Assembly: GCA_977017645.1 (NCBI GenBank)
Contig: OZ360242.1
Coordinates: 21,390,001 to 21,454,000, forward strand
Length of the DNA stretch: 64,000 nt
Reading direction: 5' to 3'
Origin: Torpedo marmorata
Lineage: Eukaryota
Position numbers and translations under genes: made by a program. The notes under the pieces were generated by a model. That model saw only the letters and a list, made by a program, of their open reading frames with translations. It ran no database searches and was not told the DNA's origin. This document shows positions 25,250-38,399 of this stretch, in pieces. Position 1 is the first letter of the stretch; every line of letters begins with the position of its first letter.

Positions 25250-26267
25250 CCGGTGTATAGGACTTGTTCAGAGGGTCGCTACTGTTCAAAGTGTTGGGGG
25301 GGGGGGGGTGAAATGCCGCATCCTACCAGCCGATTATTTTCTTTAAATTATCTGGATGTATATCAGACAAATCAGGGCACATAGAACAGGCCTTTCAGCC
25401 CACGTGTCTGCGCATGTGACTCCTATTCACTGCATATTCACGGTGAAGATGACGGCGCTGCCGCTGGTGCGGACCCGCGGGGAGCGTGGGAGCGGAGGTA
25501 CAGCGCTCCCGCGGGGTCCAGCCGCCCAGACGACTGCCGTCGGTTCCGCACGGGCTTTGAACGGCCCGTTAAAGGAGCCGACGGTGGTTTTATTTGAGAT
25601 CCCGTGACCGCGGGGTCTGCGCCCAAGATGGCAGCGCCTTTTAATCGGCAGCAGCCACGAGGGGCTGCAGACTCCGGGGAAGCGGGGGACTGGAGCAGGG
25701 CACCAGTGGACGGGAAGATCACCCCCGTCTGAGAAGGAGAAGCGGAGGAGACGACCCATGGGACGGTGACCACAGCGGCGGACCAGTGAGGGGATCTGAG
25801 GCTGAAGGACCAGTGCATGCGGCGGGCTGCTGGCGCTCGAGGCGAGGAACCCGCGGAGGCTGTGGGCTGCTGGAGACTGCTGTCGGGGGACTCACCCTGG
25901 GCTGCGGACTGATGGAGGCTGGCTCAAACTGGTTGGAGGAGTACCAGGTATCGGAACCGGGATGTGAGGGGGTGCCGAGGGCGACCTGACCGTGTTGGAG
26001 GTTCGGATCTGGAGCTCGGGATGCCGATCGTTTGGACTGGACTCTGTGTGGCTGTGGAAGCGCTGGAGGTGAATCTATGGACACTCGGTGACTCTGGGGG
26101 GACTCTCTTTTGCTTCTCTTTCTCTGACTGTAAGGAATGTTAGAGGCGCTTAGGCAATTTCTGCCGATGGTGAATCTGTCTGCCTTGCAGCAGGCTAAAA
26201 GAAATTTTGTGTTATATGACACTGTTTTATTGCTGTGACAATAAATTGAATCTTGAATCTTGAATCT
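25250..26267 (+). mobile_element. Non-coding GC/CpG-rich insertion with a Rex1-like 3' tail
   Basis: It interrupts the CR1 RT, which resumes at 26268. It ends GTCTGCCTTG...TGACAATAAA(TTGAATC)3 and has no credible ORF. Confidence 0.6.
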
Positions 26268-26314
26268 ATACTTCCCTGGACTCCATTCACCTGTAACTTA
26301 CTGATAAATCTCTT

Positions 26315-28057
26315 TTTTTTTTGTAAATATTTTATTTAAAATTTTTAAATCACAAAATACATAAAATAAAATATAAAATTATCAAATTATTTGTGATACA
26401 TTTTCACCCCCCCTCCCCTCCCCACCCCACTAATCTAATAAAAATAAAAATATAAAATAAAAATAGAAAAAGAAGAAGAAAAAAGAAAGAAAAAGATAGA
26501 GTAAGGAGAATGCCAATCTATAAACTAATTCTATTATGGAGGTCAAGCATGCCAGTAGATCCGATATCCTGAGATCTTCAAATCCTTAAACCAACAGCTT
26601 TCATATATGGGCTCCAAATTTTTAAGAAGAAATGATATTTATTACGTAAATTATAAGTAATTTTTTCAAGTGGTATACACGAACGAAGTTCTGCATGCCA
26701 TCTTTCTAATCCTAAATCTAAATCAGATTTCCAAGTAATAGCAATACATTTCTTTGAAACAGCTAAAGCAATTCGCAAAAATTCTATTTAATACATATTT
26801 AATTTCATCTTAATACTAAATTTTTTATTTTCTAATATCTCCAAACAAAAATATCATAGGATCCATTGGAAATGTAATCTTAAATACTTTATCTAAACAT
26901 TTTTTAACTTTCAACCAAAAATCATAAACTTTTGGACAAAACCATGTAGAATGTACAAAAGACCCTTCCTCTTTATTACATCTAAAACATAAACCTGATA
27001 ATATCGGATTAAATTTCTTTAATTTTTTAGGTGTTAAATATAATTGATGAAAAAAATTGTATTGTACTAATCTATATCTAACGTTAATAATCTTCGTCAT
27101 ACTTAATTTACATAATTCTTTCCAATGATTTTCATCTATTCTTACATTCAAATCTAGTTCCCATTTTAATCATGATTTATGAATTCCTACTTTAGGCATT
27201 TTCCACTGAATTTATACATTTGAGAAATAAATTTATTGACATCTCCTTTAGTAACTAATAATTCTAATTCATTCTGTCTTGGTAAAATCAAAGCATAACC
27301 TAATTTCTCAATCAAAAAAGCTCTAATTTGATAATAAGCAAAAAGTGTATTATCTAATATATTAAATTTATCTTTCATTCTTTGAAAAGTAATAAATTTC
27401 CCAGCTTCAAAACAATCATTAATCTTCTTAATTCCTTTTCGAAACCAAATTTTAAATAATTGATTATTAATAGTAAATGGAATAAGTCCATTTTGGCATA
27501 AAGGCATCCTTGAAGAAATCAATCCTTTCCTCTTATTTCCTTATCCGTCTTATTCCATATTTCTAACAAATGTTTAAAAATAGGCGAATTTTTCTTTCTT
27601 GTTGATATTAATTTAGAATCCCATTTATAAATAACTTCTTCTTTGGAATCTTCTCCTATATTATTTAATTCTATTTTAATCCAAGCAGAAGATTTAGTTG
27701 AATCAAAAAATTCATTAACAAATTTTAGTTGAGCTGCTTTATAATAATTTTGGAAATTAGGAAGTTGTAAAGCACCCATTTCATAATTCCAAGTTAATTT
27801 TTCCATACCTACTCTTGCTAACTTTCCTTTCCATAAAAATTTCTAATAATTGAATTTAAATCTTTAAAAAAAAATTTTTTTTTAAATATTTTATTTTAAA
27901 TTTTCAAATTTTTCACAATAATACAAAATAGTACAAAATATATAGTAAACATTATAAATCCAATACAAACAAAATTTTTATTACCGTGATTCTAACCCCT
28001 CTTTAAAAAATTTTTGAGGAATTTCATAAGGAATTGATTGAAAAAGATATTGAATTA
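26315..28057 (-). mobile_element. L1 3' fragment with a small second L1 tail inside (~27870-28000)
   Basis: Poly(A) tail and a 16-bp TSD TACTGATAAATCTCTT (26299-26314 / 28058-28073). Encodes CFRC...HSTWFC and CIPLEKITY. Confidence 0.9.
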
Positions 28058-31000
28058 TACTGATAAATCTCTTGTGCGGCACCTTATCAAACGCTTTCTG
28101 GAAATCCAAATATACAACATCAACCTGTTCCCCTCTATCTACCGCACCCATTATGTCCTCAAAGAACTCTAACAAGTTTGTCAAACAAGATCTGCCCTTC
28201 CAAAACCCATGCTGCATCTGCCTGATTGAATCCTTTTGTTCTAAATGTCTCACTATTTCATCCTTAATGACAGCTTCAAGCATTTTCCCAACTACAGACG
28301 TTAAGCTAATTGGCCGATAGTTCCCAGTCTTCTGCCTACATCCCTTCTTAAAAAGTGGCGTGACATTTGCTGTCTTCCAATCTGCCGGGACCTGCCCAGA
28401 ATCCAGAGAATTTTGGTATATGACCACCAATGCATCGACTTTCACTTCTGCCATTTCCCTCAGAACCCTGGGATGCATTTCATCAGGACCAGTGGATTTG
28501 TCCGGCTTTAGTCCCATTAGTTTGTGCATCACTATAGCCTTTGTCACAACTATTTTATCAAGGCCTTCACCAACATTCGCATCCCTATCTCCACTGTTTG
28601 GAATGCTGGACGTGTCTTCCACCGTGAAGACTGACATAAAATATTTGTTCAAGGCCTCGGCCATTTCCTCATTATTCAATATCAATTTCCCCTTCTCATC
28701 TTCCAAGGGTCCTATGTTAACTCTAGCCATCCTCTTCCGTTTTATTTATTTATAAAAATTTTTGCTATCTGTTTTTATATTTTGTGCCAATTTACCTTCA
28801 TAATCCTTTCTCCCCTTTCTTATTACCCACTTTGTTGTCTTTTAAAGTTTTCCCAATCTTCCAGTTTCCCACTACTCTTTGCAACTTTGTACACCTGAGC
28901 TTTTAATTTTATATTCTCTTTTATTTCCTTAGTTAACCACGGCTGACTCTTCCCTCTCTTGCTGCCCTTGTTCTTAACTGGAATATATTTTTGTTGAGCA
29001 TTGTGAAAAATCTCCTTGAAAATCTTCCACTGTTCCTCAACTGTTCTACCAACTAGCCTGTGCTCCCAGTCCACGCTAACCAATTCCTCCCTCATCCTGC
29101 GATAGTCCGCCCTGTTTAAGCATAATACATTAGTTTTAGATCTAACTATTTCCCCTTCCATCTGTATGAGAAATTCAATCATACTATGATCACTATTTCC
29201 AAGAGGGCCCCTAACTATTACATCATTTACTCTACCTATCTCATTGCACAATACTACATCCAAAATAGCATTCACTCTTGTTGGTTCCTTAGTATGCTGC
29301 TCAAGAAAGCTATCACGGATGCATTCTATGAAGTCTTCTTCCAGACTCCCGCGACCAACTTGATTTTCCCAGTCTACGTGGTAGTTAAAGTCCCCCATGA
29401 CAACTGCCGTTCCATTCTTACATGCCTCACTTATCTCTCTGTTTATTGCCTGTGCCACTGTACTATTGTTATTTGGTGGGCGATAGACAACATCCACCAG
29501 TGATTTTTTCCCTTTGTTATTCTTAATCTCCACCCAGATGGACTCAACATTATGTTCCTTAGATCTTATATCATCTCTCACTGTTGCCTTGAACTCATCC
29601 TTGATTAAGAGCGCCACACCTCCTCCCTTACCATCCTATCCTTTCGTACTACGTGATACCCTTGAAAGTTTAATTTCTAATCATGGTCATCTTGTAGCCA
29701 TGTTTCTGTGATGGCCACTAAATCATATGCCTGGGTACCGATTTGCGCCTCAAGTTCACTAACCTTGTTTCTAATACTGCGGGCATTCAGATAAAGTGCC
29801 CTTATGCTCATTGACCTTTTAGAATCTATTGACTTCTGTATCCTTTGTTTTTGATTTTGATTTTTCTGCCCTCTATTTCTCTTTGTCTTTTTCCTAACAC
29901 TTTCTTTGGTCTCTATACCACCTTCCTCATTTTTTCTGTGTAGGTTCCCATTCCCCTGCCCCACTAGTTTAAACCTTCCCCAACAGCACTAGCAAAAGAA
30001 CTCCCAAGTACATTTATCCCGCCCCTGCCCAGATGTAGATCATCTGGCCTGTATTGGTCCCATCTGCCCCAGAACCGGTTCCAATGCTTCAAGAAACTGA
30101 AACCTTCTCTCCAGCACCACTGTTCAAGCCACATATTCATTCTGACAATTTTGTTATTTGTATTCTCACTAGCTCGTGGTACTGGTAATAATCCTGAGAT
30201 TATTACTTTTGAGGTCCTACTCCTTAATCTATTTCCTAGCTCGCTAAATTCAACTTGTAGGAGCTCATATATCGTTGGTACCAATATGGACCACGACAGC
30301 TGGCTGTTCACCCTCCCCTTCCAGAATGTCCTGCAGCCGCTCTGATACATCCTTGACCCTTGCACCGGGAGGCAGCACACCATCTGGGAGTCCTTTTTGC
30401 GGCCGCAGAAGCTCCTGTCGGTTCTTCTCACCATAGCGTCCCCTAAAACTATTGCTCTACCTGTCTTTTTCCTTCCCTCTTTCATAGCTGAGCCACTCAC
30501 AGAGCCATGATCCTGGCTTCTACTGCCTTCTCCTGGTGGGTATCTCCCCCAACCGTATCTAAAGCGGTATATCTGTTATGGATGGTGATGACCGCAGGAG
30601 ACTCCCGCACTACCTTTCTGTTTCTGCTCTTGCTGCTGGTCATTCAGTCCTTATCTACTTCTGCTCTCTTAAACTGCGGCGTGACCAACTCACTAAATGT
30701 CCTATCCACCATCATCTCCGCATCCCGGATGCTCCAAAGTGAGTCCATCCGCAGCTCCAATGCCATCATGCGGTCTATCAGCAGTTGTAGCTGTACACAC
30801 TTTGTGCACACGTAAACCTCAGGGACACTATCAGTCGTCCTGAGTTCCCACATGGCACAGGAGGAACATGACACGGGTTGGAGCTCACCTGCCATGTCTG
30901 AAACGTGCACAGTTGTTTTGTTAACTGATCAAAGTGACAAATTAGAAAGAAGAATCTTACTCCTTTTAAAAGTGCCTCAACCTCTCTGCGCCGAAGCCTC

Positions 31001-31982
31001 AGTGCTCCACTCCTTCCCTGTGCCACTTACTCACTGGGCCGCACCTCGCTGGCCGCTCCTTTCGCTTCCCCTCCTTTTATTGGTCCCTTCCAATCTAATC
31101 AATTACACAATTTCTCACTCCAATAAATCAACCCTTAACTTAACCCTTTGCCCTCCGCGCCCTTTTTAAACTCCCTAAAATCGAGCACTCACCAACCACC
31201 AGTCGCTCCTCCTCCTCCTCCTACTCTCCCCTGACTGGAACTGAAACTAAAAGGGCCCGAGTCCCAACTCCGCACCCTTTTTAAACTCCCGAAAATCGTG
31301 CACTCACCAACCACCAGTCGCTCCTCCTCCTCCTCTCCCTCGACTGCAACTGAAACTCAATCAGGCACTCATTTAAGGACTCTTGTGCACTTTATTGATT
31401 TTTTAAAATTCTCTCTGTATTGCACAGTTCGTTTACATTTTTTAATCTGTTTACAGTTCTTTATTTGTTTACATGTATATGCTGTGTACAGTTTTTTTTT
31501 GCACTACCAAAAAGTGGTAATCCTAACTGGCCCACAGAAAAAAGAATCTCAGGGTTGTATGTGATGTTATGTATGTCCTCTGACAATAAATCTGAAATCT
31601 GAACTTAGTCTTCACAATGTGGTGCCCTCCACAATGGAGACACCAAACAGGTTGGGTGAATGGCTTGAGCTTCTGGTTGTGTGCCACGAGTTCTTCACCC
31701 CACTGCTATTCTGCCTGTGGCCTCCTGCGCTGTTTTGTGACCCATCGTAGACTTGAAGAACATCATCATCCGTAAGGAAATGTAGCCTTTGAACTCCATG
31801 TCAAATTCTAAATTTTGAGCAACACTTTCCTTTTGAACCACAATTGGCCATTTCCAACAATTATCTGCCTGCGACTTTGGCTCATGATTTCCTTTCTCCA
31901 TAAGTATCGTTTGGCCTGCTGGTCATGTCCCCCGTTCTTCCATCATCAATCCACAAAATATTCTGACTTGTTAACCGATTGG

Positions 31983-32650
31983 TGTTATATGTGAATTGTG
32001 GAGGAACACGTGGCCTCTCTGTCTGGAACATTGTGGATTGCAGAGGGTCATGTGACCTCCCTGTCTGAAACTTATTCAGAAGTCGCATCACCTGCCAATC
32101 AAGGTTGGACTCCGGCCACCCTTTAGTGCACACCTTACCGTTGGCTCATTTAAATGACTCAGTATCATCATTGGCCAGACGCTCAGCTCAGAACAGTATA
32201 AACATTAATGCATATCGCATTTCTTCCTCTCTGCCTCGTGGTCCAAGCCCCGGACATCGCTCTACGCCAGGTCGCTACTGTGGATATCACTGGAGGAGTC
32301 GCGGGTAAGGTGTGCACTACACTTAAGCTGAGCTGTAGTACTGCGATAGATCAGTGCTTGCAGAGAGCCGCACCCCCATTGGTACAGGGAATTGGGAGTG
32401 CGTTTGAAAGTCCGTCTGTGAAGTGTGTACACGTGTGTGAGCATGTAGAAGATAGGCGACAACTGGTGTCGGAGTCCAACCTGGGTCAAATGTGTATGTC
32501 TATATAGTTGTTTAGTAGTAGAGTAATTAAGTATCATTTGATGACTTCCCCTGTGTCTCCCGTGTGTTCAATAAAGTTACCTTTGATTGTAACACTTGTG
32601 TCCAGACTCGTCTCTCTGTGAACCCACCGAACCAGATACTTTCCAAACAC
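31983..32650 (+). mobile_element. Solo LTR
   Basis: Starts TGTTA, with TATAA at ~32197 and AATAAA at ~32570. A partial second copy lies at 57626-57835. The right boundary is approximate. Confidence 0.6.
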
Positions 32651-33082
32651 AACTGGTCTCACCTTAACAGATATTTCTCATCCAATTCATCCCTCTCCCA
32701 CCAAAATCTAGCTCTTTTTTTCTTTCCTCAAGATGCAATGAATGGCCTCATTCCAGAAATGTTTTATCATGTTCTCCTTCCTCACCTCCAACTTGACTTG
32801 TAGAATGTTTCCAACATTTTGTCTTTATTTTCACAGGCTCTCTACGCTTAAGGAAACACACAAGTACTTGCTGGCCAAATTAAGTACCAAAAATCTTGGA
32901 AAAAAAACAGGAAAAAAGGATGCAGCGATAGGCAAATTTTCATGTGCTGACTTGTTCACTGTGGCAAAACCCCTTGCTCATAACAGCCAAGAAGCTGGCA
33001 TTAAACACTGATAAACTATAAAGGTCGGATGAGTGATGGCAAATTAATATAGCATTTTCCAGTTATTTATGGTGGGGGGCAA

Positions 33083-33300
33083 GCCCGGCACGGTTTGCGT
33101 AGCGGTTAGAGCGACACTATTACAAAGCCAGCAACCCTGGTTTGAATCCGGCGCTGTAAGTAGTTCTCCCTGTGACCTGCAAGGATTTTCTCCGGGTGCT
33201 CCCATTTCCTCCCACCCTCCAAATATATGGTGTTGTAGGTTAATTGGGTGGCACGAGTTTAAATGGCTGGAATCTGCTTCTACCATGTTGGAAATTTAAA
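33083..33300 (+). mobile_element. tRNA-derived SINE
   Basis: Same family as 4583. Confidence 0.8.
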
Positions 33301-34069
33301 AAAAAAATTAACTACTCACAATAAAGAGGAAATAAAACTGCCTGTGCAGAAAGAACGATGTTCAGGGAAAGAACTTCATGCACGATGTCACAAAGTCCAA
33401 ATCAAGTTGTCATTGGTGAACTTCAGAAGTGTCATGTGTGTATTGACATGTGTCATGTGGACACTGCACATAGTTGGTACACATGCCCAAGCCAGTATAA
33501 CCCTTCCCTTCAAAGGGATTCACTCAGTATCAACACTAGCTTCCTGCTCAGGTGAACATAAATGCACATGTTGAATGGACACTGATATCCCTGAAGTGAC
33601 CAAGTAGCACAGAAGCTGCATGCCATTTGTGTTGAAATAAACAGGCAATGCCATCACACACTGGCTGATCAGGAATAAACTCACGCGCAGTTTTTCCCTT
33701 GCAAAATTTTCATTTTAAAAATAATTTATTTAAAACGTTCCATTACTGAACAAGGATGACAATTTTTCAGCTGGGCCATTGTGCAACCTGGAATTTAAGG
33801 TTTCCGTTTACATTTTATTTCAAATTTTAGCACATTGTTTCCATCTACATTTCAGCCTTGAGCAGCAACTCATTTAATTTCTCCAAAGAGGAGGTCTGCC
33901 TTTATTGCTTTTTTTTTAGCACTTCGACTTGCCTCAGGATACTTCGTTTACATTTCTACTTGCGTTGATACACACTGGAAATGCACTGATCTCTTAAATA
34001 ATTTTAAATTACAATGCACACACAAGTGACAGGAACACTAAATATTTGAAGTCCGATTGAATTGCTTAC

Positions 34070-34223
34070 CCAACCAAGAAGAGGCCACCACAGCTGATCC
34101 ACGTTAGCACTCCAGGTGCATGCTGAATACGCGTGATCACCACCTGATGGCAGGATGGACAGGTAGTCTGCATTGGCTGAGCGCCGAAGCTCTGAGATGG
34201 CTGCATGATCACCGTCTGCATCA
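34070..34223 (-). CDS. LITAF: LITAF middle coding exon
   Basis: ctgttag|TG...GG|gtaagc; encodes MQTVIMQPSQSFGAQPMQTTCPSCHQVVITRIQHAPGVLTWISCGGLFLVG (first CxxC and the hydrophobic segment). Confidence 0.93.
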
Positions 34224-34849
34224 CTAACAGAAGGAGAGAGAAATTTGATCAGAATGCCCGAAAGTATTTAGTAAATACAAGAATCAGAAACAGGACAAGA
34301 CCAAGTTCCTCATGACTGCTCCAATATTCAGCAAGATATAGCTGATTTTCTATCTCATTTACCTACACGATTCCCCACATCCCTCAAAATCCAGAAATGT
34401 AATCAATGAATGTCTGGAGCTTCACCACACTTTGCATGAAGAAATCTCATCTCAATCTTAAAAGGATTGCTCCTCATTGTGACTGGTAATTCTACTGCAC
34501 CTCAGCCAGAGAAAATCATCTCCCTGTACCCAGCTCATCAGGACCTGTCAAGATATTGTAAGATTCAACAAGATCACCTCTCATTCATTATTGCCAGGTA
34601 TTTACAAGAATGACATCCAAGGAAGGACGATAGTTTCCTCAGAGATCTCATTCTTACAAGCCCAAGAGAATGCAGGCTTTGTCAATTCAGTCTCTGCTCA
34701 TGCAGCAAACCAGCCATCCCAGGAACCAGTCTGGCAAATCCTTGTTACACTTGCTACAGTAAGCAGATTAATTTTTAAGGCAAGGACTCCAAAACTATAT
34801 ACAATACGCCAGGCGCAATCTCAACAACCCCTACAATTGTTGTACAATT

Positions 34850-36328
34850 GTCGTGCAGAAGGACTTGGGAGCAGTGGCGGATTAACTACCACCCGGGCCC
34901 CTTGGCTGAGCTTCAGTAAGGCTCCCCCTGACCTTGCCCCCCTGCCCCACCTGTCGTTGAATAGAATAAAGTGACGTTAAGTTACGTTAAATAACATATC
35001 GTTGTACTATGTATAATGTACTACATGTATAAGCAAGAAATTTAATTGTAGCAACAACCCTTTCCAGAAGTGCTTTCATGTAATCACATTCTGACTGGTA
35101 TTGTCGAGTAATCAAGCATGGTCTTCACTTGAAAACAGTTTGCAGTTAAAACAGAATGCCTTACCTGTGCTTGGAGAATAGCACAGCCAACTTCTCCTGA
35201 TTTTCTCACCATTTATAAGGGAGCGGTAAAACATGCACTTACTAAAGTAACGTTTCTGTTTACCGTCATATTTTATAGATTTCACAATACTGGCATTCAT
35301 GTTCCAACAGGCTTCGCTCCCTGTCTTTAACCAGTATACGTGCATGTTAACGCCAACTCGTGACATAATAACGTCACCATGGTAAACACAATCTCGTGGC
35401 TGCAGTACGAAGTCCTAAAAACATTACTTCCAAATATTTATATGTTTGGAGTCTAATTTAGAAAACAAAATAGTACTTGTAATATTCCAGATATGAAAAA
35501 AATATATGCAAAAGTACTGAAATATCATCCAAAATACTCACGTGTACACTCAATTAAACAATTTTTTTTTGCTCTCGGGCCCCCCTCCCTTCCGAGCCCC
35601 TAGGCTTAAGCCTACTCAGCCTAATGGTTAATCCGCCACTGCTTGGGAGTGCTTGTGCATGAATTGCAAAAGGTTGGTTTGCAGGTGCAGCAGGCTATCA
35701 AGAAGGCAAATGGAATGTTGGCCTTCATTGTTAGAGGGATTGAATTTAAGAACAGGGAGGTTATGTTGCAATTGCACAAGGTACTGGTGAGACCGCATCT
35801 GGAGTAATGCGTGCATTCTGGTCTCCTTACTTGAGGAAGGATGTACTGGCTTTGGAGGCAGTGCAGAGGAGGTTCACCAGATTGATTCTAGAGATGAAGG
35901 AGAGATTGAGTCGTCTGGGACTGTACTCGCTGGAATTTAGAAGAATGAGAGGGGATCTTGTAGAAACATAAAATTATGAAAGGCATAGATAAGATAGAGG
36001 TACAGGTAGGTAAGTTGTTTCCATTGGTAGGGGACACCAGAACTAGGGGGCATAGCCTCAAGATTCAGGATGGTAGATTTAGGACAGATGAGGAAGAACT
36101 GCTTTTCCCAGAGGGTGGTGAATCTGTGGAATTCACTGCCTATTGAAGCAAATATATTTAAGACAAGGTTGGATAGATTTTTACATAGTAAGGGGATTAA
36201 GAGATAGGGGTAAAGGGAGGTAGGCGGAGATGAGTCTATCATCAGATCAGCCATGATCACATTGAATGGTGGAGCAGACTTGACGGGCCAGATGGCCTAC
36301 TCCTGCTCCTATTTCTTTTGTTCTTATT
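34850..36328 (+). mobile_element. CR1 3' fragment interrupted by a hAT element
   Basis: Encodes KDLGVLVHE...KKANGMLAFI, and ends in a CR1 tail. Confidence 0.85.
34872..35641 (-). mobile_element. hAT (Tip100-like) deletion derivative
   Basis: Perfect 15-bp TIR CAGTGGCGGATTAAC and an 8-bp TSD CTTGGGAG. ORF 35112-35366 retains the TTF-type zinc finger RSWLCYSPSTGKAFCFNCKLF. Confidence 0.9.
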
Positions 36329-36966
36329 GCAGCAAGCCCTTGTTCCACAAGCTGAATTCTCTTGCAGTAAAAGCCAACAAAGCACAGGATGACATCTTCC
36401 ATGAGGCTCCCCTATTGGTAAAGCCTGCTGGCTATGATGTTCAAGACCAACAGGTGCAGCAAAATAATTATAAGAGGAAGGGCGAAAATCTCATATGGCC
36501 AAGTTACTCTTTTCTCTTTCCATTCTTCCAATCTCTATGGGCACATTCTTCTTTGTTCAGGGCACCATTTGTACTCTTACTTAATTATGGTGTGCAGCAA
36601 TCCTTGGATGGGACATCCACCTATCATTGGTATAACAAATACACATGTGCAATAAATACACATTTAAACCCAAGCGCTCACTAACTTGTTGATCACTACC
36701 CAGGCAAATTGTGGTGAATTAATCTGGACTCCCCACCCACAAGACCCCACCTGCTCACACTTCTTTGGCTTGGCACGAAAGAGTCAATTCTCCACTTGCA
36801 GGTGTGATCAATGAGGCATAGCAAGGCCTCAGCGTCAGCATTGGCAGGTGGCAAGGCTGCGCACTGAACCAAGCTTCCTATCAAAACTTGGGAGACATTT
36901 TTTTTTTTCAAATGTCTCATTAAAACTCATTTGATTACAGTAAAACTAATGTTCAGATAATGTTCA

Positions 36967-37195
36967 GGGCGGCACGGTTAGCACAATGCTGTTACAGCGC
37001 CAGCGATTGGGACTGGGGCTTGAATCGCGCGCTGTCTGTAAGGAGTTTGTACGTTCTCCCCGTGTCTACGTGGGTTTTACCCAGGGGCTCCGGTTTCCTC
37101 CCTCCACTACCGAGCGTTGTAGGTCAATTGGGTGTAATTGGGCGGCATGGACTCGTGGGCCGAAAGGGCCTGTTACCGTGCTGTATGTCTAAATT
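36967..37195 (+). mobile_element. tRNA-derived SINE
   Basis: Same family as 4583. Confidence 0.85.
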
Positions 37196-37691
37196 TTATA
37201 TAATCTCTTGTTTGGAAATGTTAATGATTTGTCAGCCAACTCAACTGGTTTTGTTCCCATACTCCCTTCAAGTTCGCTAGGGCCCTGTTGTCCCTTTAAA
37301 CTCACTTAGCTCACTGGAAAATGTATTATGCTGCGAGTCACATGAAAGAATTAAAACTGTTGGTGTATTAAAAGGAGTAATATTCAATAGCATGAAACAT
37401 CTGCCAGTCAGTCATCCAGGTCAAGAGCATCAGATTAAAGTTTTACTATATTTTTTAAAAAGTAATACTTTCAATAATTTTTTTTCCATATCCCCAGGTT
37501 TGAATTTTCATGCAAATGCATGTTGACTCCAATCCATTGCAGTCATTGATAAGTACTCTGGCAACCACTACACAGCTCACAGATGTACATCAGATCTTTT
37601 CAAGAATGGGATGTGCTGATCCAAGGAGCACAAGACCACAGCCATTGAAAGAAAAAAACGCTGTGAAGTGGTGTTCACCACTGACACTTAC

Positions 37692-37839
37692 CCACAGGAG
37701 GTTGAGCAGACTGAACCGGATATGAAGGTGCCACCGAGCCTCCCATTGCAGGCTGTCCAGGATAAGCAGCATTTGCTTGGTAGCCTGGTGCTTGCACTGA
37801 ATCAGAGTAGTTAGGGGGTGCACTTGCTTTGTAGTCCAT
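37692..37839 (-). CDS. LITAF: LITAF first coding exon (exon begins at 37852)
   Basis: tttcag|GTGATCTGGACCA-ATG; encodes MDYKASAPPNYSDSVQAPGYQ...SAQPPV, then G|gtaagt. It is Pro-rich with a PPxY motif, and its phase joins the next exon. Confidence 0.9.
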
Positions 37840-38399
37840 TGGTCCAGATCACCTGAAACAAAGACAAAATGCTCAGACAAGAATCACACAAAAACCAGCA
37901 TAAATCATGAAGTGTGATCTTGCTGGACAACAGATCAGGATTATTCCATGGATGCTGGCTATCCAAAATATAGCAGAAGTAATTTGACCCACCAAGTTCA
38001 TGTTGGCACTTAAGGCAATTTCATTCATTTATTTCTCTTCAATCCATTCTCTCACATGCCCATCCACTCAGATCCTCCAAATCATCCAAAGGGGTAATTT
38101 CGAGTGACTAACCCGATGGCCAGCAGGGATTTGGAATATGGGAGGAAACCAGAGCACCCAGAGGAAACCCATCCAATCACAGGGAGAATATGCCAAGCAC
38201 CCTGTCAGGATCAAATCCAGGTCATTGGAGCATTGCCTGCTCCTGTGTCACCCTGCAAGTCTTGACCTATCCTCCAGTGACTCGAATCAGCACAAGAGGC
38301 ACAGGAACCTTGTTGCTTGTAATGAGAAAAGGATAGATAGGGCTGGGGTTGGAGCAAGTGTAAAAAGGTCTGTACCAAAGTACTCCCAGACAGAACATC

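Larger units (their letters stand above)
24155..31355 (-). mobile_element. CR1 LINE, full length: ORF1 (zinc finger/leucine zipper + SGNH esterase) and ORF2 (APE + RT), disrupted
   Basis: ORF1 has CSSC...CTKC, a zipper, IVLGDAMVR and PDDLHL. ORF2 is the same family as 5845-9883. The tail is (TCTTATGT)n and the 5' UTR contains a ~100-bp duplication. Confidence 0.93.
23555..31604 (+). mobile_element. Rex1 LINE, 5'-truncated (23555-24154 and ~31355-31604), split by CR1
   Basis: Closely matches the reverse complement of 20012-20875. It has a TCTGAAATCTGAA tail and the TTAGTCTT TSD. Confidence 0.88.
23345..31980 (+). mobile_element. Old Penelope remnant (23345-23554 and 31605-31980) hosting a nested insertion stack
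   Basis: The decayed GIY-YIG region resumes after an 8-bp TTAGTCTT TSD (23547-23554 / 31605-31612). Confidence 0.55.

Noticed and set aside
25427-26222. Several overlapping Pro/Arg/Ala-rich ORFs
   Set aside because: Expected from GC-rich sequence; no recognisable domain in any frame.
27981-28730. Apparent CR1-L1 fusion protein
   Set aside because: It is read-through across an L1 insertion junction marked by a TSD.
36690-36880. Cluster of CAGGTG/CACCTG E-boxes in LITAF intron 2
   Set aside because: Short motifs alone cannot support an enhancer call without conservation data.
37590-37880. 96-aa minus-strand ORF over the LITAF exon
   Set aside because: It is in the wrong frame; the spliced frame starting at 37839 gives the LITAF protein.
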